A stretch of DNA of 64,000 nucleotides from an uncultured Candidatus Rokubacteria bacterium (GTDB lineage Bacteria > Methylomirabilota > Methylomirabilia > Rokubacteriales > CSP1-6): NCBI GenBank assembly GCA_963747235.1, contig CAVVEU010000024.1, positions 352,001 through 416,000 on the forward strand, written 5' to 3'. The notes below the pieces were generated by a model that saw only the letters and a program-made list of their open reading frames with translations, did no database searches and was not told the DNA's origin. Shown in pieces: positions 31,776-42,946 of this stretch. How positions within the stretch are numbered: position 1 is the first letter of the stretch; each line of letters opens with the position of its first letter. The position numbers were made by a program, and so were the translations under genes.

Positions 31776-32699
31776 CAGGCGGCCTCGGAGCGGATGCGCG
31801 GGTCGAGCGCCGCGTAGGCCAGGTCCACCAGCAGGTTCACGGTGACGAAGATCAGCGAGACCACCAGCACCACGCCCTGCACCACCGGGAAGTCCCGGTT
31901 GAAGATCGCCTCCACGACGAGGCGCCCGATGCCGGGCCAGGCGAAGATGGTCTCGGTCACCACCGCGCCGCCCAGGAGCTGGGCGAACTGCAGGCCGAGC
32001 AGGGTCACGATGGGGATCGCCGCGTTCTTGAGCGCGTGCGCCGCGAGCACCCGCGGCTCGGCCACGCCCTTGGCCCGCGCGGTCCGCACGTAGTCCTGGC
32101 CCAGGACCTCCAGCATGCTCGAGCGCACCAGGCGGGCGAGGCGCCCGAGGATCACGGTGGAGAGGCTCACCGCGGGCAGCACCAGGTGGGCGAGGGAGCC
32201 GCGGCCGAAGACGGGCAGCCAGCGCAGGTAGACGCCGAACAGCGTGATCAGCAGCAGCGCGAGCCAGAAGATGGGCACCGCCTGGCCGGCCACCGCGCCC
32301 ACCATGGCCACGCGGTCCACCAGCGAGCCGCGGCGGACCGCGGAGACGATGCCGGCGGGCACCGCGACGGCTACCGCGATCAGCAGCGCGGCCAGCGTCA
32401 GCTCCACGGTCGCGGGCAGGCGCTCCCGGATCAGGGCGGCGACGGGACGGCTGCTGCGCAAGGACACGCCCAGGTCGCCCTGGGCGGCGCGGGTCACGTA
32501 GCGGCCGAACTGCTCGGTAGAGCGGGCGGTCGAAGCCCAGCGCGTGCCGCGTGGCGGTGACCACGTCGGGCGGCGCGTCGCTCGACACCATGAGCAGCAC
32601 CGGATCGCCCGAGAGGTGGACGAGGCCGAAGACGACGAGCGACACCCCGACGGCCACGATGACCGCGTGGCCGAGCCGGCGGAGGAGGAACGGAAGCGC
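31775..32699 (-). CDS. DppB/OppB-type ABC permease; indel near 32520, start approximate
   Basis: GDLGVSLR, RLPATVEL, DYVRTARAKG, HALKNA, ETIFAWPGIG, LDPRIR. Confidence 0.88.
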
Positions 32700-32700
32700 T

Positions 32701-34241
32701 TCAGGCCTCCACGTAGGTGTCGCGCACCCAGAGGAAATTGTCCGGGCGCATCTTGAAGCCCTTGACCTTCTTCGAGACGCCGAACAGCTCGTCGAGCTGC
32801 CAGAGGAAGAGCCACACCGCCTCGTCGTGCAGCCCCGTGAGCGCCTTGGCGCCGAGCTCCTTGCGTTTCTTCGGATCGAAGGTGCGCTCGTACTCCTCGA
32901 TGGTCTTGAGCAGGTCGCCGGAGGCGTCGAAGTAGCGGAAGGTCTGGAAGTCGGGCTTGAAGCGCTGCACGGTGTAGGAGGCGTCCCACGTGCCGTTGAT
33001 GAAGGCGTAGTAGAAGCAGTCCTTGTGGGTGGAGGCGGCCGAGCGCTTGTTGTACTCCGCCCACTCCAGCACCTGTACCTTGGTCTTGACCCCGACCTTG
33101 TCCCAGTAGCCCGCGATGACCTGCGCGGTCTCCTCGGCGAGCACCCAGCGGCCGATCGACTGCCACATCGTCAGCTCGAAGCCCTGGCCGAAGCCCGCCT
33201 CCGCGAGGAGCGCCTTGGCGCGCGCCGGATCGTAGGGATAGGCGCCCGGGTCGATGGTGTTGGCCACGTTCTTGCCGGTGACCGTGTTGAGGAACTGGCC
33301 GCGGCCGGAGTAGAGGCCCTTGAGAATGGCCGCGCGGTCCACCGCCATGTTCGAGCGCCTGGCGCACGCGCCGGTCTTTCAGCGGCGCGGACTCGCGGGC
33401 GTTGAGCAGGATGCCGTGGGTGAGCGAGCTCAGCTCGGAGTAGACGCGGAGGTTGGCTGTCGCCCTCGACGGTGGGCGCGAGCGGGAACGGGAGGTTCAG
33501 CATCACGTCGACGTCGCCGCGCTGGAGCGCGGCCAGCCGGGTGGCCGCGTCCGGGATCACCTGCCAGACGATCTTCTGGCTGGGCGGCTTCGGGCCCCAG
33601 TAGTCCGGATTCGCCTCCAGCACCACGCGGTCGCCCACCACGTTCTCCACGAAGCGGAAGGGGCCGGTGCCGATGAAGCGGTCGGTGACGAACTTGTCCC
33701 GGAACTCGGCCAGGCCCTTGGCGGGGGCGATGTTCATGGACTCGGCGGCGAGCCGGGCCGGCAGCATCGGATCCGGCACCTTGGTGACGATCCGGACGGT
33801 GTAGGGATCGACGATGACCACTTCCTGGCCGAACGACGGGGGCATGGTGAGCTTGGCGAGCGTGTTGAGCTTCGAGAGGACGGCGCGCTCGATGGTGAAC
33901 TTGACCGAGTCCGCGTTGAAGTCCTCGCCGTTGTGGAACTTGACACCGCGGCGCAGCTTGATCTCCCACGTGTTCGGGTTGAGGTTCTTCACCGACTCGG
34001 CCAGGAGCGGCTTGATCTCCATGGTCTGCGGATCGCGCGTGAAGAGCCCCTCGCCCATGAGGTTGATGATCGAGCCGCTCAGCACCGAGCGGAACTGGTG
34101 CGGGTCGATCGTCTCCGGCGTGGACGGGAAGCCGATGGTGAGCGTCGGCTTCCGGGCCTGAGCGGCCGCGGCGACGGGCGACAGCGCGGCGAGGGCGGCG
34201 GCGGCTCCGGCTTGCTTGAACAGGTCGCGGCGAGTCGGCAT
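32701..34241 (-). CDS. Family-5 (Dpp/Opp) substrate-binding protein with Tat signal; indels near 33350 and 33455
   Basis: PTRRDLFK, LRRGVKFHNG, IGTGPF, ANPDYWG, YDPARAKALLAEAG. Confidence 0.88.
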
Positions 34242-34343
34242 CGGGTCGAATCCTCCTGGGATCTGGGCGTGCGGAGGGATTTTACCGCAGTGGCCGGGCG
34301 AGGTGCAGCCGAAGGCGAGCCGAGCGAATATAATAGGCGCGCC

Positions 34344-35108
34344 ATGGGACGAGTGGACGGCAAGGTCGCGGTGGTGACGGGCGCTGCCCACGGCTTGGGC
34401 CGCGCGATCGCGGAGCGCCTGGCCGGCGAGGGCGCGCACGTGATCCTGGGCGACGTGGACGGGCCCGGACTCGAGCGCGCGGTCGCCGCGATCACCCAGG
34501 CGGGTGGCCGGGCCGCCGCCGTCGTGGGCGACGTGACCGAGGAGGAGCCGGCCGCGCGGCTGATCGCCACCGCGGTGGAGCGGGGCGGCCGGCTCGACAT
34601 CCTGGTCAACAACGTGGGCGGCAGCCGCAACGCGCGCATCTGGGAGATGACGGTGGACGACTGGGACTTCGTCCTCCGCCTGAACCTCCGCTCCACCTTC
34701 CTCTGCACCCGCGCGGCGGTGCCGCACATGATGCGCCGGCGCTACGGCCGCATCGTGTGCCTGTCCTCCGGCGCGCGCGAGGGCACCCCGTGGACCGCCT
34801 ACTATCAGGGCGGCGCGGCCTACTCGGCGGCCAAGGCGGGAGTGCACGGCTTCATCCGAGACGTCGCGCTGGAGCTGGCCGAGCACGGCATCAACGTCAA
34901 CGCGGTGGCGCCCGGCCCGATCGACACCGAGCGCGTCGGCGCGGGCCTCCGGCGCCTGAACGAGACGGTCGAGTACAGCCCCAACCGCATGACGCCGCTG
35001 CGCCGTCTCGGCCGCCCCGCCGAGGTGGCCGACGCGGTCCTGTTCCTGGCCTCCGACGAGGCCACCTACGTCACCGGGCACACCCTGGCCGTCACCGGCG
35101 GGCGCTGA
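34344..35108 (+). CDS. SDR-family oxidoreductase (FabG-like)
   Basis: TGAAHGLG, NNVG, YSAAK, NAVAPG; TATAAT 9 nt before the ATG. Confidence 0.9.
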   Translation: MGRVDGKVAVVTGAAHGLGRAIAERLAGEGAHVILGDVDGPGLERAVAAITQAGGRAAAVVGDVTEEEPAARLIATAVERGGRLDILVNNVGGSRNARIWEMTVDDWDFVLRLNLRSTFLCTRAAVPHMMRRRYGRIVCLSSGAREGTPWTAYYQGGAAYSAAKAGVHGFIRDVALELAEHGINVNAVAPGPIDTERVGAGLRRLNETVEYSPNRMTPLRRLGRPAEVADAVLFLASDEATYVTGHTLAVTGGR

Positions 35109-35124
35109 GCGAGGAGATCACGAC

Positions 35125-36465
35125 ATGACCAAGGCCGACCTGATGGCGCAGGTGCGTGCGGCGATCGACCGCCGCGGTGCTGCGATCATCGAGCTGGGAG
35201 AGACGATCCGCCGCCACCCCGAGCTCGGGTTCAAGGAATTCAAGACCGGGAAGCTGGTCGCGCAGACCTTCGAGCGCATGGGCCTGACGCCGCGCACCGG
35301 GCTGGCCCTGACCGGCGTGCGCGCCGACGCGGCCGGGCGCGCGGGCGACGGGCCCACGCTGGCCCTCTTCGGCGAGCTGGACGGCCTCGTGGTGGTGGGG
35401 CACCCGGTGGCCGACCCGGAGACCGGCGCCGCGCACGCCTGCGGCCACAACGCGCAGGTGGCGGGGATGCTGGGCGCGGCCATGGGCCTGCTGGAGGCGG
35501 GCGCCTTCGAGCACCTGGCCGGCCGCGTGGCCTTCATCGGCGTGCCCGCCGAGGAGTACGGCGACGTGGAGTGGCGGGTGGCCCAGCGCGACGCGGGCCG
35601 GCTCGAGTTCATGGGCGGCAAGCCGGAGATGCTGCGGCTCGGCCATCTCGACGACGTGGACATGGGGATGATGATCCACGCCACCCCGCGCCCCGAGGAG
35701 GGCAAGCTCGCGGTGCCGATGTCCAACAACGGCTGCGTGGTGAAGACCGTCCGCTACGTCGGGCGCGCCTCGCACGCGGGTGGCGCCCCGCACATGGGCA
35801 TCAACGCGCTCTACGCGGCCCAGATCGGCCTCATGGCCATCAACGCGATCCGAGAGACGTTTCGCGACGAGGACACCATCCGGGTGCACCCGATCATCAC
35901 CCACGGCGGCTCGCAGGTGAACGTCATCCCCGGCGAGGTGCGGCTCGAGACGTTCGTGCGCGGCAAATCGCTCGAGGCCATCGCGGACGCGGACCGCAAG
36001 GTGGATCGCGCGCTGCGCGCGGGGGCGCTCGCGCTCGGCTGTTCCGTGGAGATCGAGACCCTGCCCGGCTACATGCCGCTCCGCTGCGACCCCTTGATGG
36101 TGGAGCGCTTCCGGGCCATCGCGGCCGACCTGGTGGGCGAGGACAACGTGCGCACGATCCGGCACCGCACCGGCTCCACCGACATGGGCGATCTCGGGCA
36201 GGTCATGCCGATCATCCATCCCTACGTGGGCGGCGCGAAGGGCACGCCGCACGGCGCGGACTACGAGATCGTGGATCCCGAGCTGACCTACCTCACCAAC
36301 GCGAAGGCGCTCGCCTCCATGGTGGTGGACCTGCTGGCCGACGGCGCGACGGTGGGCCGCCAGGTCGTGGCCCAGGCCAAGCCGCCCCTCACCCGCCAGG
36401 CCTATCTGGATTTCCAGCGGCAGATGAGCCGGCGGGAAACCTACGACGGAGCGACGACCGGCTAG
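35125..36465 (+). CDS. M20-family amidohydrolase
   Basis: PELGFKE, ELDGL, HACGHN, PAEE, GRASHAG, GSTDMGD. Confidence 0.88.
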   Translation: MTKADLMAQVRAAIDRRGAAIIELGETIRRHPELGFKEFKTGKLVAQTFERMGLTPRTGLALTGVRADAAGRAGDGPTLALFGELDGLVVVGHPVADPETGAAHACGHNAQVAGMLGAAMGLLEAGAFEHLAGRVAFIGVPAEEYGDVEWRVAQRDAGRLEFMGGKPEMLRLGHLDDVDMGMMIHATPRPEEGKLAVPMSNNGCVVKTVRYVGRASHAGGAPHMGINALYAAQIGLMAINAIRETFRDEDTIRVHPIITHGGSQVNVIPGEVRLETFVRGKSLEAIADADRKVDRALRAGALALGCSVEIETLPGYMPLRCDPLMVERFRAIAADLVGEDNVRTIRHRTGSTDMGDLGQVMPIIHPYVGGAKGTPHGADYEIVDPELTYLTNAKALASMVVDLLADGATVGRQVVAQAKPPLTRQAYLDFQRQMSRRETYDGATTG

Positions 36466-37955
36466 CCCCTCGCCACCGTGAAGGCGACGTAGAGGGACTG
36501 CGGGCCGCGCTGGAGCAATACGGTGACGCGGTCGCCGTCCTTCATGTCCTTGGTGACCTTCTCGAAGTCCGGGACGCTCCGCACCTTCTGCCGGTTGACC
36601 TCGCGGATGACGTCGCCGCGCTGGAGCCCGGCCTCGGACGCCGCGCTCTCCTCGTCCACCGAGAAGACGATGACGCCGTCCGGCGTGCGCAGGTTGAGCT
36701 GGCGGGCCAGCTCCGGGGTGATCGGGCGCACGTCGAGGCCGAGCAGGCTCTTGCCCTTGTTGGTGGGCTTGAGCGCGACCGTCTCGTCGGGCGTCTCGCC
36801 GATCTTGATCTCGAGGGTCTTCTCGCCCTTGTCGCGCCACACCTTGAGCGGCACCGCGCGGCCCGGCGTGGTCGCGGCCACCGCCTTCTGCAGCTCCTGG
36901 GGCGAGTCCACCTTCTTCTTGTCGAACTCGATGATGACGTCACCGGAGGCGATGCCCGCGGAGGCGGCCGGGCTCTGCTGCATGACGTCCGAGATGAGGA
37001 CGCCGTTCGGCTCCTTGAGCCCGAAGCTCTTGGCCAGCTCGGGGGTCAGCGGCTGGATGGACACGCCGAGCCAGCCCCGCGTGACCTTGCCCTTGGCGGC
37101 GAGCTCGGTGTAGATCCGCTTCGCCATGTTGACCGGGATCGAGAAGCCGATGCCCACGTTGCCGCCGGTGCGCGAGAGGATCGCGCTGTTGATGCCGACC
37201 ACCTCGCCCGACATGTTCACGAGCGGGCCGCCGGAGTTGCCCGGATTGATGGCCGCGTCGGTCTGCAGGAAGTCGTCGAAGGGGCCCTGCCCGATGGACC
37301 GGCCCTTGGCGCTGATGATGCCGGCGGTCACCGTCTTCTGCAGCCCGAACGGCGAGCCGATGGCCAGCACCCAGTCGCCCACCCGCACCGTGTCGGAGTC
37401 GCCCAGGTTGGCGGCCGGGTAGGGCCCGCCGCCCTGCAGCTTGAGCACGGCCAGGTCGGTCTTCTTGTCCACGCCCGCGAGCTTGGCCTTGTGCTTCTTG
37501 CCGTCCGCGGTGGACACCTCGATCTCGGTGGCGCGCTCGACCACGTGAGCGTTGGTGAGCACGATGCCCGACGGGTCCACGATCACGCCGGAGCCCAGGC
37601 TGCGCTGCACCTGCTGGCGCTCGGGCGCGTCCCCGAAGAAGCGCTTGAAGAACTCGTCGCCGAAGAACTCCTCCACCGGGGTGCGGCCGCTCACCCGGGT
37701 GACCGTGTTGATGTTGACCACCGCCGGCCCCACGCTCTCCGCGACCTGGGCGAAGCTGCCCGAGGGAATCGGCAGGGCCGCGGGAATGATGCGCGGCTGC
37801 GTGCCGGCGGGCAGGGGGGTGAGGGGCAGCGCGCTGCCCGGCCCGGACGGCTTGACCTGGTCCACCGCCCCCGCGCCCCAGGTGCCGAGGCCCGCTCCCA
37901 CCACGAGGGTGACGAGCACAATGAACGCCAATGTGCTGCGCTTGACAGAGATCAT
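36462..37955 (-). CDS. degP: Do/HtrA serine protease with two PDZ domains
   Basis: [34 protein letters not shown]. Confidence 0.92.
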   Translation of the reverse strand: MISVKRSTLAFIVLVTLVVGAGLGTWGAGAVDQVKPSGPGSALPLTPLPAGTQPRIIPAALPIPSGSFAQVAESVGPAVVNINTVTRVSGRTPVEEFFGDEFFKRFFGDAPERQQVQRSLGSGVIVDPSGIVLTNAHVVERATEIEVSTADGKKHKAKLAGVDKKTDLAVLKLQGGGPYPAANLGDSDTVRVGDWVLAIGSPFGLQKTVTAGIISAKGRSIGQGPFDDFLQTDAAINPGNSGGPLVNMSGEVVGINSAILSRTGGNVGIGFSIPVNMAKRIYTELAAKGKVTRGWLGVSIQPLTPELAKSFGLKEPNGVLISDVMQQSPAASAGIASGDVIIEFDKKKVDSPQELQKAVAATTPGRAVPLKVWRDKGEKTLEIKIGETPDETVALKPTNKGKSLLGLDVRPITPELARQLNLRTPDGVIVFSVDEESAASEAGLQRGDVIREVNRQKVRSVPDFEKVTKDMKDGDRVTVLLQRGPQSLYVAFTVARG

Positions 37956-39851
37956 CGTTGCACTCCCGCGGGCTCCCCGGCCAGGAGCTGCCTGAGCCGG
38001 TCGCCCTCCAGCGTCTCTTTCTGTTTGAGCTCGGTCGCGGCCTCCACGAGCACCCGCTTGCGGGCGGTCAGGAGGTCGCGGACGCGATCGTAGATCCGAT
38101 CGATGATCGATCGCGTCTCGCCGTCGATCCGACGCGCGCTCTCTTCGCTGTATTCACGCTCCTGCGGCAGGCCCGACCCGCGGAGGAACATGGCCTGCTG
38201 GCCGCCCCCGAAGGTCATGGGGCCGAGCTCCTCGGACATGCCGTACTGCATGACCATCAGGCGGGCCAGCTCGGTGGCCCGCTCCAGGTCGTTGTGGGCC
38301 CCGGTGGAGACCTCGCCGTAGATGACTTCCTCGGCCACGCGCCCGCCCAGCAGCACCGCGATCCGGTCCTCCAGCTCGCTGCGGGTGAGCAGGTAGCGGT
38401 CCTCCAGCGGGAGCTGGTAGGTGGCGCCGAGCGCGGCCACCCCGCGCGGGATGATCGTCACCTTGTGCACCGGGTCGGCCTGGGGCAGGGAGGAGGCGAC
38501 TAATGCGTGCCCAATTTCGTGATGCGCGACGATGTCGCGCTCTTTCTCCGAGAGCACGCGGCTCTTCCGCTCGAGGCCGCCGACCACCCGGTCCACCGCT
38601 TCCTCGAGATCGGCCATGTCCACCGCGTCCTTGCCCTTGCGCGCGGCGAGCAGCGCGGCCTCGTTGATGAGGTTGGCGAGGTCCGCGCCCGCCATGCCGG
38701 GCGTGCGGGCCGCGAGCACGTGGAGATCCACGCTCGGCGCCAGCTTCACGTTGCGGGCGTGCACCAGGAGGATGGCTTCGCGGCCCTTGACGTCGGGCCG
38801 ATCCACCACCACCTGGCGGTCGAAGCGGCCGGCCCGCATCAGCGCCGCGTCCAGCACCTCGGGCCGGTTGGTGGCGGCCATGATGATCACGCCCTTGGAC
38901 GAGTCGAACCCGTCCATCTCGGCGAGGAGCTGGTTCAGCGTCTGCTCGCGCTCGTCGTGGCCCGACAGGAAGCCGGTATTGCCCGCGCGGGTCTTGCCGA
39001 TCGCGTCGAGCTCGTCGATGAAGACGATGCAGGGCGCCTTCTCCTTGGCCTGCTCGAAGAGATCGCGGACGCGGGAGGCGCCCACGCCCACGAACATCTC
39101 GACGAACTCGGAGCCGGAGAGGAAGAAGAACGGCACGTCCGCCTCGCCCGCCACCGCCCGGGCCAGCAGCGTCTTGCCGGTGCCCGGTGGGCCGACGAGC
39201 AGCACGCCCTTGGGAATGCGGCCGCCCAGGCGCTGGTACTTCTTCGGGATTCTTGAGGAAGTCCACCACCTCGATCAGCTCGGCCTTGGCTTCCTCCACG
39301 CCGGCCACGTCCGCGAAGGTGGTCTTGAGCTCCTTGCGGTCGTAGATCTTCGCCTTGGAGCGGCCGAAGGAGAGGGCCTGGGTCGGCCCGCCGCCCATCC
39401 GGCGCATCAGGAAGAGCCAGAGGGCGGCCATGATGATGAGCGGGACGACCCACGAGAAGAGATCGCGCCAGAAGGTGGACTCGATGCGGCCGGAGAACTC
39501 GACCTTGGCGCTCTCGAGCTCGCGGACGATCTGGTAGTCCTCGGTGGCCGGGATGCGGGCGGTGGTGAACGCGGTCGGCCCTTCCTGGGGGCCCAGCAGC
39601 GCGCGGAGCCGGTCCCCGGGTCCCGGCGGGGGCATCGGGAGCGAGCCGGGCTTGGCGATGCCCTGGATCTCCCGCTCGCCCAGCGTGACCTTCAGCACCT
39701 TGCCCTCGCGGACCAGGGCCAGGAACTGGCTCATCGGGATGTCCACGGTCTGGGGCGCCCGCAGCCAGCTCTGCACCGACAGGACGACCATCAGCGCAAT
39801 GAACAGATAGATAAGGGAAAACTGGGTCTTCTGGCGATTGGGCAGTTTCAT
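37952..39851 (-). CDS. ftsH: ATP-dependent zinc metalloprotease FtsH; indel near 39245
   Basis: Two TM segments, [33 protein letters not shown]. Confidence 0.95.
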
Positions 39852-39863
39852 CGTGTGATTTCG

Positions 39864-39892
39864 ATGCTATCGGAACCCCTGGGGGGTGTCAA
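39864..39892 (-). promoter_or_regulatory. Sigma-70 promoter of ftsH-degP
   Basis: TTGACA-N17-TAGCAT. Confidence 0.75.
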
Positions 39893-39937
39893 ACCACCGA
39901 GTGCGACTGCGGGGAGCGGACGGGGGGGCGGGTCAGC

Positions 39938-40642
39938 TCAGGGACAGGTGACCCCTTTCGGGGGCTCGTAGTTGGTCACCTTGTAGGTCGAGTTGAACGA
40001 GTCCTCCCAGACCTCGATCGGCACGCGCCCCACCGGGTCCAGGCCGTCGAAGAGGGTGAACTTGGCCCGGTTGGTGAACTCCTCGGCCGACACCCGCTTG
40101 GCCAGGAACTCCCGCAGCGTGCCCTTGTCGATGAAGAGGGCGAACGTCTCGTTCACCGCCTGGCGGCCGGGCCGGCTCGTGCCGGGCTTGAGCCAGGAGA
40201 GCACGACGGAGAGCCCGGCCACGTCGCCGTCGTCCACCACGTCGGCCAGCGCCGACATCCGCCGCAGCATGTCCACCCCGTAGCGCGAGAACATCGCGGA
40301 GACCCGGCGCTCCTGGGGCAGGGCCGCGAAGACCGCGTCCTCGCGCTGGTCCACGAAGATCCACGTGGAGAGATAGCGGTCGTCCTCCTGGCTGTCGCGG
40401 GCGCGCGGGAAGCCGAGCCCGCCCGGATGCACGGCCAGCCACGGGAGGCAGTTGTAGATCTGGGCGGAGAACTGGAGCAGCCGCGTCCGGTGGGCGGACG
40501 CCAGGCTCTTGCCCTTGAGCGTGGTGTATTTCTCGAGGGGCATCAGGGCGTCTTCGGGAGCGGCGTGACTCACGCCCCCGGAGACGACCAGGGCGGCCGT
40601 GAGCAGCAGGCCGCCCAGGAGTCTCGGGTGGTGCCGGAGCAT
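39938..40642 (-). CDS. Exported hypothetical protein
   Basis: Signal peptide (VSHA-A); protein-like composition; no family recognised. Confidence 0.7.
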   Translation of the reverse strand: MLRHHPRLLGGLLLTAALVVSGGVSHAAPEDALMPLEKYTTLKGKSLASAHRTRLLQFSAQIYNCLPWLAVHPGGLGFPRARDSQEDDRYLSTWIFVDQREDAVFAALPQERRVSAMFSRYGVDMLRRMSALADVVDDGDVAGLSVVLSWLKPGTSRPGRQAVNETFALFIDKGTLREFLAKRVSAEEFTNRAKFTLFDGLDPVGRVPIEVWEDSFNSTYKVTNYEPPKGVTCP

Positions 40643-40652
40643 GTGGCGTCGT

Positions 40653-40913
40653 CTAGTTCTGGAAGATCTGCTCCGGGCTCACCGTGATGGCCTTGCCCCA
40701 CCAGTTCTCCTGCCGCGCCGCATCCACGTCCGTGCGGCTCACGCGCGGATTCGAGCCATCTCGATTGTTCCGCAGCGAGAAGACCCCGTGGGTACCCGAG
40801 GCGAAGTGGGTGTTGTGGCCTCTCCAGTCCGACCACTCTTCCGACGTGGCGCACGCCGACGTCAGCATCACGAGACCACCGAAAAACAATGCCAGCGAAA
40901 GCCATGCACGCAT
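40653..40913 (-). CDS. Small lipoprotein (86 aa)
   Basis: AGGAGG Shine-Dalgarno; MRAWLSLALFFGGLVMLTSA-C lipobox. Confidence 0.72.
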   Translation of the reverse strand: MRAWLSLALFFGGLVMLTSACATSEEWSDWRGHNTHFASGTHGVFSLRNNRDGSNPRVSRTDVDAARQENWWGKAITVSPEQIFQN

Positions 40914-40966
40914 GGTGACTTGCCTCCTTGAGGGCGCTTCGATCTGCCCGTCCCGCTCGATTTGTA

Positions 40967-40996
40967 ATGATACGGAAGGCCTCACGGGGCCGTCAA
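40967..40996 (-). promoter_or_regulatory. Sigma-70 promoter of the lipoprotein gene
   Basis: TTGACG-N18-TATCAT. Confidence 0.6.
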
Positions 40997-41075
40997 CTTT
41001 CATTTCGAGACTTTTGCGGTTGCGGCCCCCGGGCGGCTCAGGCATGCTCGTGTTCAACAGGAGGGAGCGCCGCCG

Positions 41076-42004
41076 ATGAGCGAGTACCTGACGCTCCACG
41101 AGGAGCCGGGGGAGCTGCGCCGGCCCATCATCATCATGGCGTTCTCGGGCTGGAACGACGCGGCCGAGTCCGCCACCACCGCCGCCCGCTACCTGAGCCA
41201 GATCTGGACGTCGCGGCCGCTCGCCACCATCGACCCGGAAGATTTTTACCACTTCGGCCTTTCCCGCCCCTACGTGCGCTTCAAGACCGGCTCCCGGACC
41301 GAGCGCGAGATCGTCTGGCCGGCCACCGAGTTCTCCCTCGCCCAGCCCTCGGAGCTCGAGCGCGACATCGTCGTGGGCGTCGCCATCGAGCCGCATCTCA
41401 AGTGGCGGACGTACTGCGCGGCGGTGCTCGAGCTGGCGCGGCGCTCCCGGGCCTCGATGGTCCTCACCCTGGGCGCCCTGCTCGCCGAGGTGGCCCACAC
41501 CCAGCCCATCCGGCTGTCGGGCAGCTCCTACGACCCCGAGCTCTCCGAGCGCCTGGGTCTCAAGCCGACCCGCTACGAGGGCCCGACCGGGATCGTGGGC
41601 GTGCTCAATACCCTCTGCCGGGAGGCGCGCGTGCCGACCGCCAGCCTCTGGGCGAACGTGCCCGCACTACGTGTCCGGGATCGAGAATCCGCGCGCGGCC
41701 CTGGCCCTGGTGCGGCGCGTGCTGACCATGCTGGACACCGAGGCGGACCTGACCGATCTCCGCGAGGCCGCCGAGCAGTTCGACCAGAACCTGGCCTCGA
41801 TCGTCTCGCAGAACACGAAGATCGGCGACTACGTGCGCCGGCTCGAGCGCAAGAGCGGAGACGACGACGAGGAGCCGCCCGCGCCGGCCGAGGCCATCGA
41901 GCCGTCCGAGGTCGCGGAGATCAAGGACGAGCTGCCGCCCGCCGGCGATCTCGTCGCCGAGATCGAGCAGTTCCTGCGCCAGCAGCGCCCCGAAAGACCC
42001 GTAG
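41076..42004 (+). CDS. PAC2 (proteasome assembly chaperone) family protein; indels near 41670 and 41995
   Basis: AFSGWNDAAESAT, GVAIEPHLKW, YEGPTGIVGVL, SLWANVP, C-terminal DLVAEIEQFLR. Confidence 0.85.
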
Positions 42005-42006
42005 CA

Positions 42007-42040
42007 CCCTCTCCCCTCAGGGGAGAGGGCAGGGTGAGGG
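42007..42040. repeat. REP-like palindromic unit CCCTCTCCCC-TCA-GGGGAGAGGG-CAGGGTGAGGG
   Basis: Perfect 10-bp stem plus GGGTGAGGG tail; intergenic after the PAC2 gene. Confidence 0.7.
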
Positions 42041-42083
42041 CGGTTCCTAGGGCCCGCCCGGCCCCAGGCGTAGAATCGTCGCG

Positions 42084-42946
42084 ATGCCCCACGTTGCCGC
42101 AGTCCTCGCGGTCCTCGTCTCGCTCATCTCCGTCGTCCCCGCCGCCGCCCTGCAGGTGCGCGTGGTGCCGGCGCGCCGCGGCAGGGGGACACGGTGCTGG
42201 TGTTCGTGGCCGGGACCAAGGGCGCGCAGAACGTGGAGGGCAGCCTCGGCGCGCAGCACCTGGCCTTCTTCCCCTACGGCGCCGAGTTCGCCGCGCTGGC
42301 CGGCGTGGACCTCGAGACCAAGCCCGGGAAAGTGCCGTGGCGGATCGGGCTCGTGGACGGCGGCGGCGTGCCGCGCAAGGCGGCGGGCACCGTGACGGTC
42401 AAGGCGGGCGGCTTCCCGGTGGAGCGCCTCACGCTCCCCGGCGGCATGGTGAACCTCGACCCGGAGGCGGAGCGGCGCGCGGCCAACGAGGCGGTGCGGA
42501 TGCGCGCCCTCTACGACACGGTCACGCCCGAGCGCCTCTGGCGCGGTGCCTTCACCCAGCCGGTGGCGAGCCGCAAGCCGGGCGGCGGGTTCGGCTCCCG
42601 GCGCATCATCAACGGCCAGCCGCGCATGCCGCACTCCGGGATCGACTACTCGGCCGACCGCGGCACCCCGGTGGTCGCGTCGAACCGGGGCCGGGTGGCG
42701 CTGCTCGGCGAGTTCTTCTTCGCGGGCCGCTTCGTGGTCCTCGACCACGGCCTGGGGCTCTACACGCTCTACTTCCACCTGGACGGCGTGGCGGTGACCG
42801 AGGGCCAGATGGTGGAGCGCGGTCAGACCGTGGGCACCGTGGGCACCACCGGCCGCTCCACCGGGCCGCATCTGCACTTCGCGGCCCAGCTCGGGCGCGC
42901 GCGGATCAACCCGCCCGATCTCTACGCGCTGCCCCTCAGGGACTAG
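42084..42946 (+). CDS. M23-family metallopeptidase; indel near 42180
   Basis: Signal peptide; HSGID, DHGLGLYTLYFH, GRSTGPHLH. Confidence 0.9.
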
